Source: Macrostomum lignano
Taxonomy: Eukaryota
Reading direction: 5' to 3'
Assembly: GCA_002269645.1 (NCBI GenBank)
Contig: NIVC01003924.1
Coordinates: forward strand, 5,407 to 69,406
DNA: 64,000 nucleotides
Shown here: piece after piece, positions 33,417 through 48,459 of the stretch
Numbering within the stretch: the stretch's first letter is position 1
Layout: every line of letters starts with the position of its first letter
Notes under the pieces: generated by a model
What the model was told of the DNA's origin: nothing
What the model saw: only the letters and a program-made list of their open reading frames with translations
Database searches by the model: none
Translations under genes and position numbers: made by a program

Positions 33417-34625
33417 CGGGAACCAATCTATAGATGCGGGAACCAATCTATAGATGCGGGAACCAATCTATAGATGCGGGAACCAATCTATAGATGCGGG
33501 AACCAATCTATAGATGCGGGAACCAATCTATAGATGCGGGAATCAATCTATAGATGCGGGAACCAATCTATAGATGCGGGAACCAATCTATAGATGCGGG
33601 AACCAATCTATAGATGCGGGAACCAATCTATAGATGCGGGAATCAATCTATAGATGCGGGAACCAATCTATAGATGCGGGAACCAATCTATAGATGCGGG
33701 AACCAATCTATAGATGCGGGAACCAATCTATAGATGCGGGAACCAATCTCTAGATGCGGGAACCAATCTATAGATGCGGGAACCAATCTCTAGATGCGGG
33801 AACCAATCTATAGATGCGGGAACCAATCTATAGATGCGGGAACCAATCTATAGATGCGGGAACCAATCTATAGATGCGGGAACCAATCTATAGATGCGGG
33901 AACCAATCTATAGATGCGGGAACCAATCTATAGATGCGGGAACCAATCTATAGATGCGGGAACCAATCTATAGATGCGGGAACCAATCTATAGATGCGGG
34001 AACCAATCTCTAGATGCGGGAACCAATCTATAGATGCGGGAACCAATCTCTAGATGCGGGAACCAATCTATAGATGCGGGAACCAATCTATAGATTCGGA
34101 AACCAATCTATATATGTGGGAACCAATCTATAGATGCTGGAACCAATATATAGATGCGGGAACCAATCTATAGAAGCGTGAACCAATCTATGAATGTTAC
34201 AACCAATCTATAGATGCGGGAACCAATCTATAGATGCGGGAACCAATCTATAGATGCGGGAACCAATCTATAGATGCGGGAACCAATCTATAGATGCGGG
34301 AACCAATCTATAGATGCGGGAACCAATCTATAGATGCGGGAACCAATCTATAGATGCGGGAACCAATCTATAGATTCGGAAACCAATTTATAGATGCGGG
34401 AACCAATCTATAGATGCTGGAACCAATCTATAGATGCGGGAACCAATCTATAGAAGCGTGAACCAATCTATGAATGTTACAACCAATCTATAGACGCGGG
34501 AACCAATCTATAAATGTTAGAACCAATCTATAGATGCGGGAACCAATCTATAGATACGGGAACCAATCTATAGATGCGTGAAACAATCTATAGATGCATC
34601 TATAGATGTTGGAACCAATCTATTA
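33417..34625 (+). repeat. 20-bp minisatellite (GGGAACCAATCTATAGATGC)
   Basis: About 60 copies; the unit contains the palindrome ATCTATAGAT. Confidence 0.97.
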
Positions 34626-35759
34626 ACGCGGGAACCAATCTGGAACTAATATATAGACGCTGTAGCCATCCCATATACCATTCAATACTAGAATATCCAT
34701 TAAATTCTCTGCTTCGGTTAACTAATAGCCCCAAAAAAGCATTCTCCGCAACCACCATCCCTCACCACCACCCACTGCGAACCGCGAGCCGTTCTCTTTG
34801 AAATTCATTCTGATATAGAAATTATTTTCTCAACCGAAAAAAAGTTTTTTTTTCTCCCACGACTCACTTGAACCCGTGGCAAATAGAAATTGAGAAGTAA
34901 AGAGGAAAAACGTCCTCTCCAAAGCTCCCTGGCTTTGTACAGTTACGTCATAATTTGCTCTGCCCAGAAATAATTATATCCTACACGCCAGTTTTACCCC
35001 CCCCCCGTTTGCCCGACTGGCTCTTCTCATCTTGATTGCCACAGTGTTATCCTACGGATTTTGCTCAGGCTCTTGGTGGCCTGGCAAGGGATAATTCTCC
35101 CACGAAGAGAGTTAATCGAAGCGGCTCAGGGTTCGAAGGTTTCTCCTCCACCCCCCCTGCTGCTTCATCATTCAAGCTTTCAAAATTCCCTCCCCCCTGC
35201 GTAAACATGCCGATTCCACAGCGCCGATATGTCTCAACTCAGCACTGACCGGGCCCCAACCTGAGCAGCCACATCTGAGCAAACTTATCCAGCTATTGGC
35301 CGCTGACAAACAGAACCTGAGACATTGGCCAATTAACGCAGCTGCTCATTCACTGCAGTTGCTCAATCCCTGCTGAGAGGCTGTGGAGGCGGGGACGCGG
35401 GTGATAGAGACACTTGCCCTAAGATAGACGAGAGTTGCCAGCTTAAAATTCGTGCCTCAGAAACTGCGGGAGATCGGCCTTAGCAACGCTGCACAATCAG
35501 AATGGCGAATCAACTCTCTCCGACAAGTTGATGGACCTCTGGGTTCTCCAACGCAGGGCCCGCGGGCGAAAGCTAATGGACCGCATTTATGATAGATATT
35601 TTTTCAACAAGCCGACTGGGGATTTCCGCTTCAAAGTGCAGGAATAATGCAGCGAAGATTAAAGCGCCTAAAGGCCCTAGCAACTGGCAAAGTTGAGTAG
35701 CCCGCACTTCTCTTAAGCCGATGTCAGTTAGAGAGTACTCCGAAATGGGTAAGCGACGC

Positions 35760-36212
<453 letters not shown>

Positions 36213-38019
36213 AGGGGCAAGCGTAGACATGAGAAGTGCATGCTAGGCTAAAAGTGGCTGGTTAAAATCTACTGCGTTCAACTGTTAGCGAATATTCGAT
36301 GGCTTCGAAGTAGCAAAGGTGAGTATTTGATACACAGTTCTACTGTTTAGTATACTGACTCAGCTGAGCAGAAACAATTTTTTGACTAAAATATATTCAA
36401 AAGTGAGTCGGTGGGCCCGATCCACCTGCGTCATGAAAATGAGAGTTGAGAATCAAAATGAAAACCGAAAACAAGGCTTACACGATCCACGTGTTTCAAA
36501 GCCAATATTATAACCCAAAATCTGCTTCTAGGAGTTGACTGACAGTTGCTCGTAGGAAATTGCGCAACTGTTATTGTTGCGGTTATGGTGAGGAGGAAAC
36601 GCATACGACCAGCAGAAGAATTTCCCCCCAGCTTCCCCTCCCCATCCCAGTCCAGCTCCATCCGCGAAAGTCATTCAATATTTATGCGTTTTTTCCTGGT
36701 TGAGAAGTGGAAGGTGGAGCTGGAGGACTCCAGGCCTTATAGCTCACATTAGAGCTGGCGCCCTGTGGCGGTAGTGCGATGAGAGGCCGATATGAGGCAG
36801 TTCAGGCAGCTCATTGCTACTCAATTCAGACTTTGTAGCCAGTAAAAACAATTCTTTACACTCACACACACACACACACACACCGCCCAAACACCCACAG
36901 AGAACAGTTCCCCAAAGCGGGCGCAGGCTCCGGTTTATCTGGCTGCGGGATCGGAACCCCTGCAACGGCCCAGGCCGGTGACTTCCACCAGCAGCAGCCC
37001 CTCCCTCACCATACCAAACAGCAGCGGGGGGCACCTTGGCAACTATGGAAGCTGCAAAGCTCAGGCTGCATGTATTTGTTAAAACCAGTGCCTTTCCCTA
37101 CCAGCTAGAATAAAATCATTCTATCATTGCTATTGAATTTTACTATTTTTTATTACAAGTTTCAGTATGAGCTTGCTGATTGAGACTCACCTCACAGATG
37201 CTACTTTTTAATTTGACGGTCGTGTGGATCTTGCAGTCGAAAGTCGAACTCACTCTGTAAGCTGAGCTGTCGCAAATGGATTGCTAGACTAGTCGATCTA
37301 ACTGGTTTTTGTTCAAACCAAGGTCCACCAGTGTCCCTAATAAGCCTCGCTTATTCCAGCGACACTTCTCCAATCTACAGCGTATATCTGCGTCGATGGA
37401 GGGAGCTTCTGATTGGTCAAGCCTGTCAACCAATGAGAAACGATCTAGGGGCATTTCGCTCCTTCCACTTCTCATCTCTTTACCTGACGATCGTTGATAG
37501 ACCTATTAGTTTAAGCTGTTTACAAGCTGTATTCTCGCCTTCGTATTCTTTTCTTTGTCTTCGTGTACACCACTTCTGCATCGGAATCGAATGCATGAAT
37601 TCTGCTCATTATGCAAAGTCACCGCTGCGGCAATTTGCTTTCTATGAACTGAGTATAAAGAGAATATATTTAGGCATAGAAAAGCATTTAGAAGGATGTG
37701 CGTTTAAATAGGGCGCAAGCGGTGGCACGTGACCGAATGCCCACAGACATGCAATGCCGTCTCTGGGTGTCCCGTCTCGTGTTCCTCCAGTTCCAAGTTT
37801 GCATTGGAATTGAACCCCCGGTTCCTCAGGCAGTTTGGGCGGGCGGAGACGTCTGCAGAGGGTGTCCGATGTCTTTTCTCTTCTGCTCGCTCTTCCACTA
37901 TCCCTCTCTGTTTCTAGGGTCCCTTTCTATGTCTGCGACCCCGCTACTCACTTATTATTCCAGTTGCGCAACTCCATTTTCTCCACTGGAGTCACCTAGT
38001 CTATCCCCTCAGAAAACTC

Positions 38020-38815
38020 TCCACTCCCAATCTCTTCCCTCCCAATCTCTTCCCTCCCAATCTCTTCCCTCCCAATCTCTTCCCTCCCAATCTCTCCCCT
38101 CCCAATCTCTCCCCTCCCAATCTCTCCACTCCCAATCTCTCCCCTCCCAATCTCTTCCATCCCAATCTCTCCCCTCCCAATCTCTCCCCTCCCAATCTCT
38201 CCCCTCCCAATCTCTCCACTCCCAATCTCTCCCCTCCCAATCTCTCCCCTCCCAATCTCTCCACTCCCAATCTCTTCCCTCCCAATCTCTCCCCTCCCAA
38301 TATCTCCCCTCCCAATCTCTCCACTCCCAATCTCTTCCCTCCCAATCTCTCCCCTCCCAATCTCTCCACTCCCAATCTCTCCCCTCCCAATCTCTTCCCT
38401 CCCAATCTCTTCCCTCCCAATCTCTCCCCTCCCAATCTCTCCCCTCCCAATCTCTCCCCTCCCAATCTCTTCCCTCCCAATCTCTTCCCTCCCAATCTCT
38501 CCCCTCCCAATCTCTCCATTCCCAATCTCTCCACTCCCAATCTCTCCCCTCCCAATCTCTTCCCTCCCAATCTCTTCCCTCCCAATCTCTCCCCTCCCAA
38601 TCTCTCCCCTCCCAATCTCTCCCCTCCCAATCTCTTCCCTCCCAATCTCTTCCCTCCCAATCTCTCCCCTCCCAATCTCTCCCCTCCCAATCTCTTCCCT
38701 CCCAATCTCTTCCCTCCCAATCTCTCCCCTCTCAATCTCTTCCCTCCCAATCTCTCCCCTCCCAATCTCTTCCCTCCCAATCTCTTCCCTCCCAATCTCT
38801 CCCCTACCAATCTTT
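38020..38815 (+). repeat. 15-bp pyrimidine-rich minisatellite (CCCTCCCAATCTCTY)
   Basis: About 53 copies. Confidence 0.96.
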
Positions 38816-39636
38816 ACCCCTCCTTCTCTCTCTCCACTCCTCTCTCTCCTCCTCTCTCTCCCCTTCTTCTCTCTCCCCCTCCTTCTCTCATCTCTCCTTC
38901 TTTCTCCCTCCTCCTCATCTCTCCCCTCCTCATCTCTCACCTTCTTCTCTACCTCTCTCCCCTCTCCACTCCTCCGCCTTCAGTCAATTCACCCCATGGC
39001 TCCCTGCCTCCCCAGTACCGGAGCTACCGTCCTCTACACAGTTCCAATTCTCCAATGCTTTTGCCCACATTCAGTGAATTGAGAATATCAACCTCTAGAA
39101 CGCGGAGACCCACAGCGCGTCCCCTGTCGCTCATCACAGTATGATAATAATTGCAGCTGATATTCAGAGCGATTGTACCGAAATAGATTTTCTCATTTCA
39201 TCGTTTTGTTTTGTTGTTTTTCATCGTCTCTCTCTCTCTCTCTCTCTCCGCAACAATTGCAGTTGAGCTCCGCCTCGGCGCTCCCGCAGGTGCTGTTTTT
39301 TGGCTTCTTCTTCTGCAGGGCGAATTGAATAATGATACGAGCTGCATGCCTAGGTTGATATGCAGTCAGATATACAGTAAGCTCACTACTCGCTTTCACT
39401 CGCGTTCTCGGTCCGCCAGTCACGCAAGAAACTTATTCACGGCGTAACTATGAAGGTGTGTAACTATTAAATTGCTGTCTCTGGAGAAAGTGCGCCAGGG
39501 CATATCAGATATCTTCGCATGAGTTAAACCGCGTGCAGCTATTGAATGCGAACTGTCTCACACCTGGAACACAAACCCTCATTGCTCATATATCTATATT
39601 GGCAAGTCAGTTTGCTTCAATGCAAGTTCCCTAGAA

Positions 39637-40564
39637 CAGGGTACGGCAAACTCCGGCCCGCGAAGCGTCTCTATGCGGCCCTCGGTCCTTTGAAACTTCA
39701 CAATAGCAATCCGGCCCGCTCAAGGTTTGTCTGTTCTCAGCCCTCTTCTCTCTAATCTCCCCTATTTTTTCTCTCCTCTCTCCCCTCTCCTCTCTCCTCT
39801 CTCCTCTCTCCCCTCTCCTCTCCTCCCTTCTCCGCTCCTCCTCTCTCCTCTCTCCCCTCTCCTGTCTCCCCTCTCCTCTCCTCCCCTCTCCTCTCTCCCC
39901 TCTCCTCTCTCCCCTCTCCTCTCCTCCCCTCTCCGCTCCTCCCCTCCTCTCTCCTCTCCTCTCCTCTCCTCCCCTCTCCTCTCTCCCCTCTCCTCTCCTC
40001 CCCTCTCCGCTCCTCCCCTCCTCTCTCCTCTCCTCTCCTCCCCTCTCCGCTCCTCTCCTCTCCTCTCCTCTCCTCTCCTCTCCTCTCCTCTCCTCTCTCC
40101 TCTCTCCTCTCTCCCCTCTCCTCTCCTCCCTTCTCCGCTCCTCCTCTCTCCTCTCTCCCCTCTCCTGTCTCCCCTCTCCTCTCCTCCCCTCTCCTCTCCT
40201 CCCCTCTCCTCTCTCCCCTCTCCTCTCTCCCCTCTCCTCTCCTCCCCTCTCCGCTCCTCCCCTCCTCTCTCCTCTCCTCTCCTCCCCTCTCCGCTCCTCT
40301 CCTCTCCTCTCTCTCCTCTCCTCTCCTCTCCTCTCCTCTCCTCTCCTCTCCTCTCCTCTCCTCTCCTCTCCTCTCCTCTCCTCTCCTCTCCTCTCCTCTC
40401 CTCTCCTCTCCTCTCCTCTCCTCTCCTCTCCTCTCTCCTCTCCTCTCCTCTCCTCTCCTCTCCTCTCCTCTCCTCTCCTCTCCTCTCCTCTCCTCTCCTC
40501 TCCTCTCCTCTGGTCACTCCTATTCTCTATCTGGGCCTTGAGGTAAAAAAGTTTGCCGACCCTG
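39637..40564 (+). mobile_element. Non-autonomous hAT (Charlie-like) element containing a CCTCT microsatellite
   Basis: TIRs CAGGGTACGGCAAACT and AGTTTGCCGACCCTG, with subterminal CCGGCCCGC motifs. Degenerate 8-bp TSD CCCTAGAA/TCTTAGAA. Confidence 0.7.
39740..40511 (+). repeat. (CCTCT)n-rich microsatellite
   Basis: Read directly. Confidence 0.95.
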
Positions 40565-41444
40565 TCTTAGAAGAAGACGCTGTGTAGATACTGCAGCCAG
40601 GCCACTCCTATTTTGTCGCAATAAGGCTGACCTCTCACCATCCGCATCTCCACCCTCTGAATCTCTACTCCAACCCGCTCTTTTGTCTTATACATCATCC
40701 ATCCGTCTCCCCTCGAGTGGGTATGAATTATTGAGTAGATAGAAACATTTTTAGAGCCCCCCCCACCGAATGGCCGGCCGCAGAATGCGGCTTTCAATTT
40801 CACGCTAACTATTTTCCCAGAGACAGACAGTGAGAGAGTTGATGAAGAAGACAAAACGCTAAGGGAGGAAGCTGGATAGATAGTAAAATCCTGTCCACTG
40901 GGGACTGGTGGGGGGAGGCAGGCTGATTCCCTCCTGTGGATTTGCACCGCAGGTTCAGGCATTAAAACTGAGCACCGAAGCTCTGCATCGTAAAAAGACA
41001 GGCGGAGTCGGACGAAAGGCGAGTCTGCATTGGAGCTCAGGGGATGATCAGGAAGGAATGGGGAGCTGGGTGCAAAATTCAATGACGCTAATCTGACACT
41101 GGGCTGAAAGCTGCTTTCTAAGCCGGCCGCTCACGTGGCTGCTCTCTTCTTCCCGCCCTACATCTGGGATAATGGAGCAACTTGAGATGGGGATCTGCGA
41201 CGACATTAGCACCTGTACAGGCAAATTACTAAATGAGCAATATTTTATCCAATGCCGATAAAGGCTCAGCAGGATTAACGATAATTATTAAATTAACCAC
41301 TGCCGTCTGTTTTGCGTTGGTTTTGCTATGTTTAGTTTTCACTTTTAACCCAACACGTGCTCAGCAACTTGCCTAAGGATTAGCCTCGCCGATGAGCCCC
41401 AGAATTAAGATAATCCGTTCGGGAAAAATCCCAAGTTTCTAAAG

Positions 41445-42295
41445 CTCGAAGCTTTACAATTCCAAAACTTCATAACTCTTCACAACTCTAAAGCTTCACA
41501 ATTCCGAAACTTCACAATTCTTCACAACTCCGAATCTTCACAACTCCGAATCTTCACAACTCCGAAACTTCACAACTCCGAAGCTTCACAATTCCGAAAA
41601 TACAAAAATCCGAAACTTTACAACCCAAAGCTTCCCAACTCCGAAGCTTCACAACTCCAAAGCTTCACAACTCCGAAGCTTCACAACTCCGAAGCTTCAC
41701 AACTCCGAAGCTTCACAACTCCGAAGCTTCAAATAACTTTGAAGCTTCACAATCCGAAGCTTCACAACTCCGAAGCTTCACAACTCCGAAACTTCACAAC
41801 TCCAAAGCTTCACAACTCCGAAACTTCACAACTCCGAAGCTTCACAAATCCGAAGCTTCACAACTCCAAAGCTTCACAACTCCGAAGCTTCACAAATCCG
41901 AAGCTTCACAAATCCGAAGCTTCAAACAACTTTGAAGCTTCACAATCCGAAGCTTCACAACTCCGAAGCTTCACAACTCCAAAGCTTCACAACTCCGAAG
42001 CTTCACAACTCAAAAGCTTCACAACTCCGAAGCTTCACAAATCCGAAGCTTCACAAATCCGAAGCTTCAAACAACTTTGAAGCTTCACAATCCGAAGCTT
42101 CACAACTCCGAAGCTTCACAACTCCGAAACTTCACAACTCCAAAGCTTCACAACTCCGAAACTTCACAACTCCGAAGCTTCACAACTCCGAAGCTTCACA
42201 ACTCCAAAGCTTCACAACTCCGAAGCTTCACAACTCCAAAGCTTCACAACTCCGAAGCTTCACAACTCCAAAGCTTCACAACTCCGAAACTTCAC
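41445..42295 (+). repeat. 16-bp minisatellite (CACAACTCCGAAGCTT)
   Basis: About 50 copies. Confidence 0.95.
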
Positions 42296-44184
42296 GGCTT
42301 CTACCTGGTTCACAATCAGATGTTATAGCAAATTTGTTGTACGCTCGTATTACTGCGATAATATTGTTAAAATTGAATCTAACACTAAATTTTCTGGTAA
42401 TAATTTAATTTTGTCTCCTTGGGTGCCAAAATCGATCGATCAGCCTGTGCGTTTGCCCGAGCAATTATCGAGCTGAGCATACTCAAGGTTTAAGTGTGAA
42501 ATTGAGTGCTCACCGTGCTCTCGGACTTAACAATGGAATGGGAAAAGTTTCCCACCACTTTTCAGGCTAAGCGGGTGATGGTGTCATTAAAAATTTAACT
42601 AAGGGAGGGTGGGTGGGTGGGTAGCGGTCCTTAGGCTTACCTGGCAATATCCGGAATCCTGATGCGGCCCTCTGTTTCTGAGCTCGGTGTAACTATTGGC
42701 CTCTGTTACTGAAGCTCCTGTTTGGAGTTGGAATTGATGGTGCAGTTTCCCCATTTTCGAGTAAGTTTAGTACGCTTCACCTGCTCCAGAGCCAAAGGTT
42801 TCAGTGAGAGATTACTGGCCTTTTATGTCATCCCTTCAGCGAGTCCTGCAGTGGGGCATTGTTATCAGTTTATCTATTCCACATTTAGTACCTCAGATTG
42901 TTTATTTTAAGTTTGGCAACAATGCTTCAATGCTGCAGTCCTGAAATCTAAGTAACTCAGTGTGTCATAAATTTCGGATCCTCAGATCGAGAGGAAATTG
43001 GGCAAGATGGCAAAATCCGCAGATTTAATGTTTATCAGCCAGCAAGCACAAATTTTGTTGGAATTTGCCAAATTGGTAGAATTAATTACGGACTTAATGG
43101 AACTCGCAAGGCCTTCCAATGCGGCTTCTTTAACGACGGCACCTTGCCTAATATAATCAGTGTTTTACAACCTCCAATAATTTACGCATGCAAGAGGAAG
43201 GAAAAAGCGCATAAAAGGTGCGTGAGCATTTGGGAGCGGCAGAGAGAGGGGAGTTGGACTGAGTCGACAGGAAATGATTGCCGCATGCTAGCAGCCTCAG
43301 AAGCGGCAGAAATCGAGAAACGACTGACACGCGCACACGACGACTGAGAGAGTTTCTTTGTATCTATCTCAGAGTAATTTTCTCTCCTCATTTTTTGCTG
43401 AGTTCTTCCGGACGCACAGATTTGAGGAGGTGCTCAGAGTTTTTGTGTGTGTGTATGAGCGAGGTGTTGAGCACTATGAGCCACTTTTTTACACTCCGAT
43501 TTCGAGGCCTTTTGCCTATTGATGGCTACCTAAACGCTGGCCCCGCCCACCGCCACACCCCACACCCATGTCTCTCTCTCTCTGCTCAAGCTGCTCAAAA
43601 AGTCAGCCCCCCCCCCTGCAACCACCGGATATTAAAATGCGTGTCTGACGGAGGATGGGGCGGCTTCTTCGGGGCTTTGGCAAGGCCCGGCTCTGCTGCC
43701 CCTTTGCCAAAGATTGAAAAGGGTAGCGGCGTCTCTTACGGCCGACCCGCTCCTGTTCCCTCTCAACTACAGCAAGGTGGAACCGTCTTTGCCAAGCAAA
43801 ATCCCTTCCTTTCCTTGCGAGCTCCCTCTCTTTCTCCAGCCTCACTTTGGCCTCTTCATCCTCGGAAAATAGAGAATAAAAGAATCCCAAAGCAAGTGAA
43901 ATAGTGGGGCTTCCAATCCCATTTTTTGGCTATTGAGTTCTCTATGATTCTTACGGCTCATGTTTTTCAGAGCTTTTGTCGGCTGCTCGTGCTCTCCATA
44001 ATTTACAACTTTCCGACTTCCTGCAAGCAGGACTCTGGCTTTCAGAGAGCACTGCAAGCTGTTCCCCATCACTCATCGAGATGCAGATCTGAATTCGCAG
44101 ACTTAAAAAAATTGAAATTTGCCTAACTGAGCAAAAAATTATCCATCAATTATAAAATAGCTTATTATAAATAACTCATAAATT

Positions 44185-45195
44185 TTTTTAGCAATTCCCT
44201 TCTTCAGTCATTGGTCATCTGAATAATTCCCCTTTTGAGTCATTGGTCATCTGAGTAATTCCCCTTTTGAGTCATTGGCCATCTTAGCAATTTCCTTCTT
44301 CAGTCATTGGCCATCTTAGCAATTCCCTTCTTCAGTCATTGGCCATCTGAGCAATTCCCCTCTTGATTATATAAAGATAACTGAGATCCCCTCTTGAGTC
44401 ATTTGGCATCTGAGCGATTCCCCTCTTGAGTCATTGGCCATCTGAGCAATTCCCCTCTTGATTCATTTGGCATCTGAGCAATTCCCCTCTTGAGTCATAG
44501 GTCATCTGAGCAGTTCCCCTCTTGAGTCATTGGCCATTTGAGCAATTCCCCTCTTGAGTCATTTGGCATCTGAGCAATTCCACGCTTGAGTCATAGGTCA
44601 TCTGAGCAATTCCCCTCTTGAGTCATAGGTCATCTGAGCAATTCCCCTCTTGAGCCATAGGTCATCTGAGCAATTCCCCTCTTGAGTCATAGGTCATCTG
44701 AGCAATTCCCTTCTTGAGTCATCAAGTTATCTGAGCAATTCCCCTCCTGAGTCATCGGCCATCTGAGCAATTCCCCTCCTGAGTCATCGGCCATCTGAGC
44801 AATTCCCCTCTTGAGTCATTTGGCATCCGAGCAATTCCCTCTTGAGTCATAGGTCATCTGAGCAATTCCCCTCTTGAGTCATCAGCCATCTGAGCAATTC
44901 CCCTCTTGAGTCATAGGTCATCTGAGCAATTCCCTTCCTGAGTCATCGGCCATCTGAGCAATTCCCCTCCTGAGTCATCGGCCATCTGAGCAATTCCTCT
45001 CTTGAGTCATCGGCCATCTGAGCAATTCCCCTCTTGAGTCATCGGCCATCTGAGCAATTCCCCTCCTGAGTCATAGGTCATCTGAGCCATTCCCCTCTTG
45101 AGTCATCGGCCATCTGAGCAATTCCCCTCCTGAGTCATCGGCCATCTGAGCAATTCCCCTCCTGAGTCATAGGTCATCTGAGCCATTCCCCTCTT
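44185..45195 (+). repeat. 32-bp minisatellite (GAGCAATTCCCCTCTTGAGTCATNGGYCATCT)
   Basis: About 31 copies. Confidence 0.95.
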
Positions 45196-46291
45196 GAGTC
45201 ATCGGCCATCTGAGCAATTCCCATTGAGCTCATATTCATAATCAGCACAACATTAGCCAACTCACAAGAAAATCTTCCAGAATCGATTTTTTGGTCAACC
45301 CTGAAACAAACGCGCCGCCCACATGACCCGAGACTGTCGAACCAATTAGCGATCAGCAATTAACCTCTCCGAGTGTTGATTGACTTTCGCATGCGGAAGG
45401 GCGTGTCCCAAGAAAATTAGCCATCGAGATAATGACAAGAAAATATTCAGCATGGCTGGCAACCCCTTGCTGGACACATCACAGTACGCTCATACGGAGG
45501 TCGCTTTAAAATTGAACGACAATGGGCCGTCCCAAAGGGACTCAGGATTCGAGCCCGCGACTGTCCTGCACAACTCTCTCTCTCCTCTCTCTCTAATTAG
45601 CCGACAGGACCAAGCCAGCTCGCAAGCATAATTAGGTTTTATCGAGGCTAAAATTCTCTCAACTGAAAAAGGCGATTGGACTTGGGACTTGGGGATAATT
45701 TCATAAGCTCGGGTGGAGCGAGCTCTGGGGAAGGGGGGGGGGGTTGGCCATCCATACTGAGAACAGGATGCAGTTTCTGGGTCAGGACTTGAGTCAGAAC
45801 AGAAGGAACCCCAGACAAGACTGCTCTTGCTGGTCAGCCAAAGTTGCTGACGTAAAACTACGCTCGTAGCTTGTAGGCAGAGAATAAAAGAAAGAGAATG
45901 CTCAGTTGTATTCTCGGAAATGCTTAGGAAGTACTTCATCAAGAAACAGCATTGAGTTGACAAAAGATGTGATAATGACAAAGTCAGAATGTCAGTTTCA
46001 GTGTCTGGAGCCTGTAAATTATTGATGATAGCAAAGTTGCCTGTGGACTCCATTAGTCTTTCTCAGTTTTTTACTAAAGATCATTTTGGGGACAAGAGGA
46101 ACACGAAATTCACACGTTAAATTATGCACAATGAAACAGTAGCAAGTGGACCGCAGGGAAGCGGGCGACATCAACTGCTACTCACGATTGAGAAGTTTGT
46201 TTTATTGGTTAGAGTTTCAGTTAAACAGGCAGATACAGACGTAGCACTGAAAAGTAGTCAGTTAGCCATAAATATTTATCGGCTATTAGGC

Positions 46292-46850
46292 CATTAGACA
46301 GATCATAGACAATTAGCCCATTAGACAGATCATAGACAATTAGCCCATTGGACAGATCATAGACAATTAGCCCATTAGACAGATCATAGACAATTAGCCC
46401 ATTAGACAGATCATAGACAATTAGCCCATTAGACAGATCATAGACAATTAGCCCATTGGACAGATCATAGACAATTAGCCCATTAGATAGATCATAGACA
46501 ATTAGCCCATTAGACAGATCATAGACAATTAGCCCATTAGACAGATCATAGACAATTAGCCCATTAGACAGATCATAGACAATTAGCCCATTAGACAGAT
46601 CATAGACAATTAGCCCATTAGACAGATCATAGACAATTAGCCCATTAGCTAATTACCCATTGGACGTATCATAATCAATTAGCTCATTAGAAATCATAGG
46701 CAATTAGCCCATTAGACAAATCATAGGTAATTAGCCCATTAGACACATCATAGGCAATTAGTCCATTAGAAACTATAGGCAATTAGCTGATTAGACATCA
46801 TAGACAATTAGCTCATTAGACAAATCATAGGCAATTAGCCCATTAGACAT
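46292..46850 (+). repeat. 27-bp minisatellite (TTAGACAGATCATAGACAATTAGCCCA)
   Basis: About 20 copies, decaying at the 3' end. Confidence 0.94.
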
Positions 46851-47716
46851 CTACGCAATTAGCTAGCAGTTAGCCATAGATAAAGCAGTCAAACCCAAAC
46901 AACCTAAACCCAAATGCACCTCAATAACAAAACTGCAGTTCATCAAACGGACAGACTGAATGAATCACAAAAAGCGTGAAGTTTTCCATGACTCATGTTC
47001 TATTGAAATTGTTTCCATATGCTCCATAGAAAATTCTAACAAGCTAGAAAATTACCAACTAGCACCGAACTGATGGATATACACTTAATCATTTGGCAAC
47101 GCTCTTGATGATTATGTTTAAAAAAAGATGACTTCATGCTCGCATCTGTGCGATTGTGCGTGTTGAAAAACTGCAAGAACCAGCATCAGGTGCGCTGGTC
47201 AATCCGCGGCTGCAGTTCTGCTGTGGGCGCGCATCGCTCTGCAAGGATTACGCAATCCTTTGGTCCGGGTGGGTGTTCGCAAATAGGATTAGCAAGCCCC
47301 ACTACTGCGGGTTGTGGGAGAGGAGCTGCGACGCAGACAGAATTATCCCAACATGTGGGAAGAGATGAGGTCATAGCTGGGGATACTTGAAGAGGCTTTG
47401 CAATGCTTAGAGGAACGATGTAGAATTCTATGCTAGGTCTATTATCACTCTGTCCCCAGCATCCTTGACAACTTCAGCTTGACAGACAATGATGCCAACC
47501 CGCATTTTCAATCTCATATTAATTGTCGATTTTGACGGTACTCGATTGACAACTTCAAGGTGTACAGCGGACCTTTGACTTTCTAATCGTAAGGCATGTA
47601 TACTCTCTGTGATTGGAGGTCGGCTATCATGGGTTTGAATTGCACGACAACCCACGATTTTCAATTGAGATACAGAGATTTTATTGAGCTTTTAAAACGA
47701 AGTTTATAAAATCTGA

Positions 47717-48003
47717 TCAAGGACTACTCAAGTAGATCAGGACGAGAAACTACATTTCTAAGAAAATGTTTATGAGGCTGGTTTTCGACGAAAAATACAC
47801 CGCTGAGATAGGAAGCTTTCATCTTTTTCAGCACAAGAATTTTTATTGCTTTCGATAGGAGGCAGATCCAATGTTCATCTTTTGATATTTTGTGCCTTTC
47901 TTTTAGCTCTATCGATATTCATATCGATTTTATTTCATCATCGGCCTCAAAAACATTTTCTAAGAAACGTAGTTTCCCGTCCTTCTACTTGAGTAGTCCT
48001 TGA
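47717..48003. mobile_element. MITE-like element (~285 bp) with ~63-bp inverted termini
   Basis: TCAAGGACTACTCAAGTAGA..GGACG.GAAACTAC.TTTCT.AGAAAATGTTT.TGAGGC occurs at the left end and its reverse complement at the right end. No clear TSD. Confidence 0.65.
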
Positions 48004-48459
48004 GTCTGGTTCAAATTAACAGAAATTGAAATGACTTTAGTGACTCCAGCTGCTGGTTCAAGGCCTCCCATGTGGCAGCTCGTAGATCGAGCTGATTTTG
48101 GCAGCGGATGTTTAGCGATGCACGTCGGCTTGTTTAGTTCCAAACCATGCAGGGCCACCTGGGAACAAACTTGAGGCCAAGGGATAACGATCTTCACGCC
48201 AATGTGTTTTTTCTTGCGTCAGGTTTTTTCACAGGTTAGGGGGGGGGAGGCGAAACAAACAATTTCTCGGAATGCGGCTGGCAAGCGAGCTTGTCATGGA
48301 CACCTCTGGTCAGACAACATCTGGACTGGAAACGGAGCAAAACTTGGGGAAAACAAATGGAGTTTGTAGAGAGTCATAAAAAACTCAATTTGAGAAAAGG
48401 ATGCGGGCGCCATGACCCAACGCTTTCGGCAACATCATCCCACAACCGGAGTTGTGATC

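Noticed and set aside
45540-45570. Isolated B-box-like motifs (also ~8985 and ~32100) as tRNA genes
   Set aside because: No cloverleaf or matching A box was found.
47136-47700. Possible degenerate Tc1 catalytic-domain fossil (VLLWA…, DNDANPH)
   Set aside because: It has many stops and the motif spacing is too long for a DDE domain.
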